From a virus, in IMG/VR virus record IMGVR_UViG_2889676293_000002, positions 16-64,015 of that record: 64,000 nucleotides of DNA; one strand, given 5' to 3'. The position numbers and the translations under genes were made by a program. The notes under the pieces are model-generated. The model saw only the letters and a program-made list of their open reading frames with translations, searched no databases and was not told the DNA's origin. This document shows positions 57,150 to 64,000 of this stretch, piece by piece; within the stretch, counting starts at the first letter, position 1; every line of letters starts with the position of its first letter.

Positions 57150-58559
57150 ATGACTACCGAAGTAGAAGCCCCGATCGACGCCGTTGTTGTCGAGATTATC
57201 CCCACCGCTAAACTGGCCGAAATCCAGCCAGATACCGACGAACTGGCGACCGTCAACGCCACTGATGCCGGGCTGGCTGTATTGCTGGCCAAGGCCGAGG
57301 AACTGGCCGCCATCGGTGCGCCCGACAAAGCCAGTTACGATCATATCCATGCCGTCACAATGGTAGCCGTTAAGGTGCGGACTGGGGCCAAAAAGCTGGC
57401 CAAGGAACTGGCCGCTCCCCATAAGGACGAGTATGACAAGATTATCGGCGAAGGTGAGCGAATCGGAGCCGAAGCCAAGAAAGCGGAAGACCTGCTGCGG
57501 CCGATCAAAGAAGACTACGAAGAATCGGAGAAACGGCGCAAAATAGCCGAGGCCAAAGCCGAAGCCGATAAGATTCAAAGCCGCATTTCGTCGCTGATTC
57601 GGCAGGGCGCTACCTACGAAGCAGGCAGCTACCTGCTTGGCGACGTGGTAATCGATAACATCGAAGTGCAGGCCGCGACCGATGAGGTATGGCAAACCCT
57701 ATTCACGTCAGTCGTTGTCGAGGCTGAGAAGATTGCCGTAGCTCAGCGCGAAGCCGAAGCAAAGAAACAGGCTGAAGCCGAGGCGCTGGAAAAGCAACGT
57801 CAGGAGCAGGAAAGGCAGCAACAGCTACTTGATGCGCAGGCCAAGAAGCAGCGGGAAGAGGCAGAGGCGCAACGTGTAGCGATGGAAAAGCAACAGGCTG
57901 AACTACGTCAACAGGTGCTGGATATGCGGCTCGAGAAGCTGACAGGGCTGGGCTGGGAGACTAACGGAAAACGGGTTTGGTATAGCGAATATGCATCTTA
58001 CCCACACACCGACATAGTTAATTGGTCGGCAACTGCCTTCTCTGAGATGGTTGACCAATTCTGGGCGTGGGAAAACGAACGGATTGGCAAAGCCGCCGCC
58101 GCCCAACGCGAACAGGAAGAAATCGCCGAACGCGAACGGCAACTATCGACCCGATTCCGTGAGCGGTCGGCGTTGCTGGTTGCTGAAGGTTGGCAGTGGG
58201 ATGAAGAAGGCGACGTGTGCAGCAATGGTCAGGCTTGGAGCATCACACTGGAAGACCTGCGCGACATTGATGACGAAGGTTTTAACAACCTGCTGGCCGG
58301 TTTCCGTCAGTGGGTACTCAATCAGGCCGAAGCCGCCAAACAGGCCGAAGCTGATGCCAAAGCAAAGCAGAAAGCCGATAAGGAACGGGCAAAGCGGTTG
58401 AAGCCTGATAAAGACCGCTTGAGCAAATGGTCGGCCAATCTGGCCAGCTATACCCTTGCTGTCACGAATCAACCCGAAACGACGGAGTTGCAAAATCAAT
58501 TCATCGTTCGACTGGCGGCACTGGCTCAGGAATTCATCGAAGAAGTCGAAGCCCTGTAG
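57150..58559 (+). CDS. Long coiled-coil protein
   Basis: E/Q/A/K heptads; PIKEDYEE; small Trp-containing repeats. Confidence 0.65.
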   Translation: MTTEVEAPIDAVVVEIIPTAKLAEIQPDTDELATVNATDAGLAVLLAKAEELAAIGAPDKASYDHIHAVTMVAVKVRTGAKKLAKELAAPHKDEYDKIIGEGERIGAEAKKAEDLLRPIKEDYEESEKRRKIAEAKAEADKIQSRISSLIRQGATYEAGSYLLGDVVIDNIEVQAATDEVWQTLFTSVVVEAEKIAVAQREAEAKKQAEAEALEKQRQEQERQQQLLDAQAKKQREEAEAQRVAMEKQQAELRQQVLDMRLEKLTGLGWETNGKRVWYSEYASYPHTDIVNWSATAFSEMVDQFWAWENERIGKAAAAQREQEEIAERERQLSTRFRERSALLVAEGWQWDEEGDVCSNGQAWSITLEDLRDIDDEGFNNLLAGFRQWVLNQAEAAKQAEADAKAKQKADKERAKRLKPDKDRLSKWSANLASYTLAVTNQPETTELQNQFIVRLAALAQEFIEEVEAL

Positions 58560-58562
58560 ACT

Positions 58563-59012
58563 ATGGCCAGAGAGGTAATTACCTATGGCAACGTCACAAA
58601 AGGCAAACTGTCAATTGTCGAGCGGGCTCAGTTTCTGGACTCGCTTGGCAATTGGCAGGACTGCGAAGTAGAGCTGATTGTCAAGAAGATCGAGCCGCAC
58701 CGCTCGAATCCCGCCAACCGCTACTACTGGGGCGTTGTCGTCAAGATTGCCCGTCAGGTCATCAACCTGGAACTGGGCGAATACTACAGCCGCGACAAGA
58801 TCCACGAGATGCTCAAGGCTGAGTGCAACACCGTCGAACATGATACCCAATCCGGCCGCATGGTCATGGTCGTGCGCGATACCCACGACATGCCGCATTC
58901 TGAATTCTGCGAGTACGTTGAACGCTGCCGGTTCTGGCTGCTCAACTTCTGGGGTGCCGATACACCTGACCCTGTTAAGATACTGACCACAAAAGACGCA
59001 CTACCGATATGA
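58563..59012 (+). CDS. NinB-like protein
   Basis: RSNPANRYYWGVV...IHEMLK...THDM..SEFCEYVERC. Confidence 0.65.
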   Translation: MAREVITYGNVTKGKLSIVERAQFLDSLGNWQDCEVELIVKKIEPHRSNPANRYYWGVVVKIARQVINLELGEYYSRDKIHEMLKAECNTVEHDTQSGRMVMVVRDTHDMPHSEFCEYVERCRFWLLNFWGADTPDPVKILTTKDALPI

Positions 59013-60070
59013 CCACCATTAACAGCATATCGGGTGGCAAAACTTCGTGCATGATGTCTCTTGAATTTCCCGCCAACGTTGATTTGTTCGCACTCGTTGA
59101 GCAGCAATCTAGCATCTACAAGCCCGAATCAAGGTGGTGGAAATCGGAGGCCCAGCAGCAAGCATTTGCCTGGGTACGGCAATTCAGGTCAGGATTTTGG
59201 TGCACGGCTGAAGATGACAATACGCTGATTTGCCTTCACGAGGTAAGCAAGCTGCTGCACTCTCGCAGTACACATATTAACTATGGCGGCGACAGTTGTG
59301 GGCTTGTGATTACAGCGGCCGGTAACTTCTCGGGCCTTACTAACCCACACGGCAAAAAAGCCAGTCTATTCGATGACTTCGATACCTTAATTTCTCAGCG
59401 CAACTACCTGCCTAATGCCAGAAAGCGGCTATGTACGCAGTTCCTGAAGGTAGAAAACATCTACCATTGGTGCGCCTGGAATTATCCCAGCGAACATATA
59501 CAGATGCGGATAGGCTTTCGGGCTGATGAAATTGAGCGAACGATTAGACTCTATTTTAAGCAGGTGCCGATTAAGCACAGAAAGCCGAACCCTGACTATG
59601 ACTTGACAACCTCATTTAAGCGGTGGCGATTGCCGACGTACCTAGTCCGTTGGTGGGAAATATTCGACGTTGAGGACATGGTTCGACAGGGCATACTGAT
59701 TGAGAAGCCGACGCCCTTCAACGTGGTTTGCGGCATAGATTACCGAACGCCCGAGTTTCCCTTCATTGAACACGGCATAACGCAAAGCGAAGTTGTACGC
59801 TATTGGCGTGGCCGATACGATCGGTTCCCGTTCCCTGAAATCAGTAATTGCGTTGGCTGCTTTCACCACCGGGTTGAGCAATTACAAAAGCAGTGGACAA
59901 ACCCTGAGAATTGGGGCAAAATGGAATGGTACGCCAGGGAGGAAGAGCGAACTGGTAAGCTATTTGGCAAAAATCACAGCTATCGGGAAATATCAAAGAT
60001 GCCCGTTCAGCAAGCAATTGATTTCAACTCATCATGGACCTCCTGCGATAGTGGAGGTTGCACCGACTAA
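59009..60070 (+). CDS. PAPS-reductase-like (PP-loop) protein
   Basis: SISGGKTS PP-loop; IGFRADE; SNCVGCFH; terminal SCDSGGCTD. Confidence 0.75.
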   Translation: MTTINSISGGKTSCMMSLEFPANVDLFALVEQQSSIYKPESRWWKSEAQQQAFAWVRQFRSGFWCTAEDDNTLICLHEVSKLLHSRSTHINYGGDSCGLVITAAGNFSGLTNPHGKKASLFDDFDTLISQRNYLPNARKRLCTQFLKVENIYHWCAWNYPSEHIQMRIGFRADEIERTIRLYFKQVPIKHRKPNPDYDLTTSFKRWRLPTYLVRWWEIFDVEDMVRQGILIEKPTPFNVVCGIDYRTPEFPFIEHGITQSEVVRYWRGRYDRFPFPEISNCVGCFHHRVEQLQKQWTNPENWGKMEWYAREEERTGKLFGKNHSYREISKMPVQQAIDFNSSWTSCDSGGCTD

Positions 60071-60075
60071 ACAGC

Positions 60076-60741
60076 ATGACCTACACCGAACACCAATACA
60101 GGACCGAACTCAAACGCTACGCCAACAGCGACCTGAGCGAATTATCAGGCAAGCCACGATTCAACGTCAAGCCTGAAACGATGGCATTCGGCACGGCCTT
60201 TCACACGATGACTCTCGAGCCTGACAAACCTGTTGAGGGCTGGGATTTGCTGACCGCTCCACAGCAGTGGCAACTATGCAGTATGTGGGGTCAGGTGATG
60301 AATGATGAAAGTATTGCACCACTACTGGCCAAATCAGAACACGAACAGGTACGTTGCTGGGACGACCCGATTACTGGCCTACCGCTCAAGGCAAAGATCG
60401 ACGGCTGGCTGGATCGTGGGCGATATGTACATGTAATCGACTTGAAGACCACCTCATGTCGATCTGAAGACGAATTCATAAAGACGTGCCAGGATTACAA
60501 CTACGACCGGCAGGGCGCATTCTACCTGTCGAGCGATCAGCGGGCAGCGTACTTCTCGATCGTCGGTGTGCAGAAGCAGCCGCCGTATCAGGTATGGCAC
60601 CACCGCTACCACATCGACAGTGACTTCATTCAAACTGGCATGAAGAAAATGCGCTACCTGCTGGCGCTAGCCAAGGAAGAGGCAGACAAACCGAACGGAT
60701 GGCGCCCGAGCAGCTGGAGCCGAATTGAACAACAAGCCTAA
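60076..60741 (+). CDS. PD-(D/E)XK RecE-like exonuclease (DUF3799-like)
   Basis: AFGTAFH...LKAKIDG...IDLKTT...YDRQGAFY. Confidence 0.8.
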   Translation: MTYTEHQYRTELKRYANSDLSELSGKPRFNVKPETMAFGTAFHTMTLEPDKPVEGWDLLTAPQQWQLCSMWGQVMNDESIAPLLAKSEHEQVRCWDDPITGLPLKAKIDGWLDRGRYVHVIDLKTTSCRSEDEFIKTCQDYNYDRQGAFYLSSDQRAAYFSIVGVQKQPPYQVWHHRYHIDSDFIQTGMKKMRYLLALAKEEADKPNGWRPSSWSRIEQQA

Positions 60742-60753
60742 TCACACCAATCT

Positions 60754-62337
60754 ATGTTACATCCATCAGACATAACTCTGACCGACGACTTTTGTGGTTG
60801 CGGCGGGTCGACCCAGGGCGCAAAACACGTACCTGGCGTCAAAGTAAAATACGCCCGTAATCACTGGCCGTTGGCGATCGAGAGTCACAATACCAACCAT
60901 CCTGACACCGAACACGACTGCGTTAATCTAAGTGAGACGCATCCTGGCCGCTACGAACGGACGACTATCTACATTGCCTCTCCGGAGTGTACCAAACACT
61001 CACGCGCCGGCGGCCGTAAGCGGAAGAATCTGGGACAAACCGACTTATTTAAAAAGGGCTCACTGGATCCGGCCGCTATCAAAAGCCGGGCTACGATGTG
61101 GGACGTGGTAACGTTTGCCGAATACCACCGGCATGAGGTCGTTATCGTTGAGAATGTGGCCGAAATACGGGACTGGGAATGTTACGGCCCTTGGATTCAG
61201 TCAATGCACAATCTTGGTTACCTGCACGAATGCGTATACCTGAATGCTATGTTTGCTCACTCGGAGGAAATGCTGCATTTCGCCCCTCAGAGCCGAAACC
61301 GCATCTACGTCGTATTCTGGAAAAAGGGCAACCGGAAACCTAACCTCGACATTCGCCCAAAGGCACCCTGTTTGCGTTGTGGCGAGGTAGAGGCCATACA
61401 GACCTGGAAGCGTGGCTGTATCTCGAAGGACTACGGTAAGAATGGTGGTTACTTCTACCGCTGTCCGAACTGTCACGCAGAGGTATTGCCCTATTACTAT
61501 GCGGCCGTGAACTGCATTGATTTTAGTTTGCCGATGATTAAGATCGGCGACCGGGCCGCTAATGGCATGTCAAAACTATCAGCGAACACTCTGGCCAGAA
61601 TCGAATACGGGCTAAAGAAATTTGGACTCCGGCCGACCATCCTCGATCAGCGCAACCCATCGGGCAACCGCATTGCCACGCCTGCCGACCCGCTGCATAC
61701 TCAGACCACGCAGAAAGCCTCTTACCTGTTTTCGCCTTTTTTGCTGGCTAACCGGGAAGGTTCGACGCCCCGAACGATGGCCGACGCTACCCATACGATC
61801 ACGACGGGCAATCATGAAATGCTGATAGACATCGACCGGACATTTATTCCCATTCATCGGAACAATAGCTGGGCGGCTCACGCAACGGACCCATTATTGA
61901 CTGTTTCGGCGGGAGGCATACATAGTAGCTTAGTGATACCGCCGTCGGCAATCTTAACGAGTCGAGGGACTCGCCACTTTGGCGGACAAACGGACCCGAT
62001 GCCCACGCAGACCACATCTATACAGAATTGGCTAATGGGTACCGCGCCGTTTTTGCAGGCGTACCATAAGTCGCATCAGGCGGCACTGGCTACCGACCCG
62101 GTTTCGACCATTCCGACCCGTGACAGTGTAACGCTTGTCGAGTCGTACAATCAGCCCAATGTTGAGGACTGTTACTGGCGCATGTTCCAACCACATGAAA
62201 CTGCAGCGGCTCAGGGCTTTCCTACTGACTATATAATTCTAGGGTCGAAAGACAAACAGCAGATCCAGATCGGTAACGCCAACCCACCGCCCACGATGGA
62301 ACTGCTGGTACGGCGTTGCGTGGAATCGCTGGTATAG
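60754..62337 (+). CDS. DNA cytosine-5 methyltransferase
   Basis: Motif I DFCGCGGSTQG, motif IV SPEC, motif VI ENV, motif VIII QSRNR, motif X QIGNANPP. Confidence 0.92.
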   Translation: MLHPSDITLTDDFCGCGGSTQGAKHVPGVKVKYARNHWPLAIESHNTNHPDTEHDCVNLSETHPGRYERTTIYIASPECTKHSRAGGRKRKNLGQTDLFKKGSLDPAAIKSRATMWDVVTFAEYHRHEVVIVENVAEIRDWECYGPWIQSMHNLGYLHECVYLNAMFAHSEEMLHFAPQSRNRIYVVFWKKGNRKPNLDIRPKAPCLRCGEVEAIQTWKRGCISKDYGKNGGYFYRCPNCHAEVLPYYYAAVNCIDFSLPMIKIGDRAANGMSKLSANTLARIEYGLKKFGLRPTILDQRNPSGNRIATPADPLHTQTTQKASYLFSPFLLANREGSTPRTMADATHTITTGNHEMLIDIDRTFIPIHRNNSWAAHATDPLLTVSAGGIHSSLVIPPSAILTSRGTRHFGGQTDPMPTQTTSIQNWLMGTAPFLQAYHKSHQAALATDPVSTIPTRDSVTLVESYNQPNVEDCYWRMFQPHETAAAQGFPTDYIILGSKDKQQIQIGNANPPPTMELLVRRCVESLV

Positions 62338-62574
62338 TAATTCAGATTTTGCGCTATATTTATGCAGGGAACATTATAACCAATTCCCGCGAACTCTAAA
62401 GGAGACGAATACCCGACTGGCTCACGAGCCCAACGAAGGCAGCCGCCATCTATCTGCTTTCAAAACTCACCCCTGTATTCTGGTACAAATTGCCCGACAG
62501 GCTTGAGCTAGTATTAAGTCTAATGGACTTTGTTGAATTCATCTCACGATATCAGCAGTTCTTTAGACCATAAG

Positions 62575-62610
62575 AAAAAGCCCGCTACAATTAATTGTAG
62601 CGGGCTTTTT
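62575..62610. terminator. Terminator at the end of the right early operon
   Basis: AAAAAGCCCGCTACAAT-TA-ATTGTAGCGGGCTTTTT. Confidence 0.85.
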
Positions 62611-62701
62611 GTGCCCCGTTAAGCCCAGATTAAATAACTGTAAAGTATGTTTTGACTGCCCGCAATTGAGTATTTTTATAACTCAACAGTACACAGATAC
62701 A

Positions 62702-63070
62702 ATGACTGAATTGCAAGATGAAGTAACGATGTTAAAGCCTGAAGCGCTGCTAAAATTCAGGCTTTACGAATCGGTAGACCGGAGCCAGTCCAGGGAATTC
62801 GGGGAGCCGGTTTGGGTCGATCAGATGACGGCCCTCAGTTCATCCTATGGCTACGGTACCAAACACACCATCGAGTTTCCAAGAGGGGAGGAACAGTCAG
62901 GTACGTACATCTCAGCAATGCTGCCACACCTGCGCCGCATTGATCACGAAGCCAGGCCCGGCGTAAAGACGATCGAATTGACCGTTTTTCTGGCTCCGCT
63001 CGACCTGTTTGCCTTCATGACGCCGCTCGATGACAACCAGGTCAACATTGCTTACAGCAACCCGATTTAG
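62702..63070 (+). CDS. Hypothetical protein (last prophage gene or host gene)
   Basis: ATG 62702; isolated between two terminators. Confidence 0.6.
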   Translation: MTELQDEVTMLKPEALLKFRLYESVDRSQSREFGEPVWVDQMTALSSSYGYGTKHTIEFPRGEEQSGTYISAMLPHLRRIDHEARPGVKTIELTVFLAPLDLFAFMTPLDDNQVNIAYSNPI

Positions 63071-63105
63071 CAGGCTGTCGCCTCTACGTACGCCCCTAAA
63101 AAACA

Positions 63106-63138
63106 AATACCCCGTTTCTAGGCCAGAAACGGGGTATT
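63106..63138. terminator. Terminator between the last ORF and parB
   Basis: AATACCCCGTTTCT-AGGCC-AGAAACGGGGTATT. Confidence 0.8.
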
Positions 63139-63151
63139 CTATTAATGAATC

Positions 63152-64000
63152 TTAAGCCGAATAATTCAGGACGTTTAGAATGCGATCCAGGTCTTCCTGC
63201 GAGGTAAACGGTATCTTGATTTCACCCGTGTGCTTCTCATCGGCCTTGATAACCACTTTGCTGCCAAACATTGATGAAAGCTTGAATTGCAGGCTCCGCA
63301 TCTCTTGTTTGGGAAGCGTTGTTTTCCGGGCAGGGCCATTGTCGTCGGCCATCGAGAGATTCCGTACGGCTTCTTCTACTTTGCGCACCGACCAATCTTC
63401 TTCAATGATCTTGTTGAAGAGTTTGATCTGCGTTTCCGGGTTTTCAATGTTGATAATTGCCCGGGCGTGCCCCATCGAAATGCGGGTATCGCGCAACGAA
63501 GCCTGAATAGCAGGAGGAAGCTTCAGCAGCCGAATGTAATTGTTTACTGTGGTGCGGTTCTTACCCACGCGCTCGCCCAACTCCTCCTGTTTCAGACTGC
63601 ACTCGGTGATTAGCCGCTGATAAGAGAGGGCAATTTCGATCGAGTTCAGGTTTTCACGCTGAATGTTCTCAATCAGGGCCATTTCCAGCATCTGCTGGTC
63701 GTTGGCTGTGCGTACGTAGGCCGGAATATGCAGCATGCCAATCAACTTGGAGGCCTGCAGACGGCGTTCGCCCGAAATAAGCTGGTAATGGTCTTTACCG
63801 AGCTGCCGAACGGTGATGGGCTGAATAATGCCCTGAACGCGGATCGAATCGGCCAGTTCGTTAAGGGCTTCCTCATCAAACCGGGTACGTGGCTGAAAAG
63901 GGTTCGTTTCGATCTGATCGAGACTAATCTCGGTCATGGTACTGATCGATTCATACGGCGATGGCTTGGTTTGCTGCCGCCCGTCGCTGTCTTGCAGCAA
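63152..64000 (-). CDS. parB: Host chromosome partitioning protein ParB (5' end off the window)
   Basis: NPFQPRTRF..EAL.ELADSI...GIIQPITVR...ISGERR..A; ALIENIQRENL; HTH KNRTTVNNYIRLL. Confidence 0.95.
   Translation of the reverse strand: MLQDSDGRQQTKPSPYESISTMTEISLDQIETNPFQPRTRFDEEALNELADSIRVQGIIQPITVRQLGKDHYQLISGERRLQASKLIGMLHIPAYVRTANDQQMLEMALIENIQRENLNSIEIALSYQRLITECSLKQEELGERVGKNRTTVNNYIRLLKLPPAIQASLRDTRISMGHARAIINIENPETQIKLFNKIIEEDWSVRKVEEAVRNLSMADDNGPARKTTLPKQEMRSLQFKLSSMFGSKVVIKADEKHTGEIKIPFTSQEDLDRILNVLNYSA

Larger units (their letters stand above)
1..63070. mobile_element. Temperate tailed prophage (left end and attL outside the window; right end somewhere in 62340-63150)
   Basis: Integrase, S24 repressor/cro switch, replication, terminase, portal, capsid, TMP, tail and lysis genes; bounded on the right by host parB. 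Confidence 0.95.

Noticed and set aside
62409-62573. 54-codon frame before the terminator at the right end
   Set aside because: Only an ATA start and no recognisable motif; not supportable as a gene.
889-63613. Many long ORF-track entries antisense or out of frame to the called genes (e.g. 16249-16887, 55753-56643, 57117-57695, 52742-53326)
   Set aside because: They overlap genes with clear family motifs and have no recognisable motifs themselves; treated as shadow ORFs.

Overview
Almost the whole window is one temperate, probably long-tailed (tape-measure-encoding) prophage in a Bacteroidota host. A Cytophagales (Spirosoma/Fibrella-like) host is inferred from the protein families and the TAnnTTTG promoters. 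The left end starts inside the integrase 3' end. The right end reaches the host chromosomal parB. Layout: int / lipoprotein / tandem-HTH S24 repressor (minus strand); cro, xis, replication and early genes (plus, 2.8-10.6 kb); a long minus-strand late region in an unusual order (terminase at 53.5-55.4 kb, then neck and tail genes, then portal, capsid, a glycoside hydrolase and lysis genes at 21.4-12.6 kb); and a second plus-strand early operon with recombination and DNA-modification genes (55.5-62.3 kb). The main oddity is the tape-measure (TMP) gene, whose 5' end is present twice. A 153-codon fragment at 48.3-48.76 kb is followed by an ~11 kb AT-rich island, and then by a full-length TMP whose first 152 aa are ~62% identical to the fragment. 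The island carries a RelE-like toxin with an unrecognised partner, an XRE/antirepressor/S24 module, two HNH genes, AbiTii, YodC-like and two HEPN genes, plus three copies of a ~64-bp element. Other points: a shared TTGACARRTATTTA operator-like motif at four distant control regions, a lambda-type GGGAAAG -1 frameshift site, and an Acb2/Tad1-like candidate sponge in the late operon. All family calls are from motif recognition by eye; no database searches were run.
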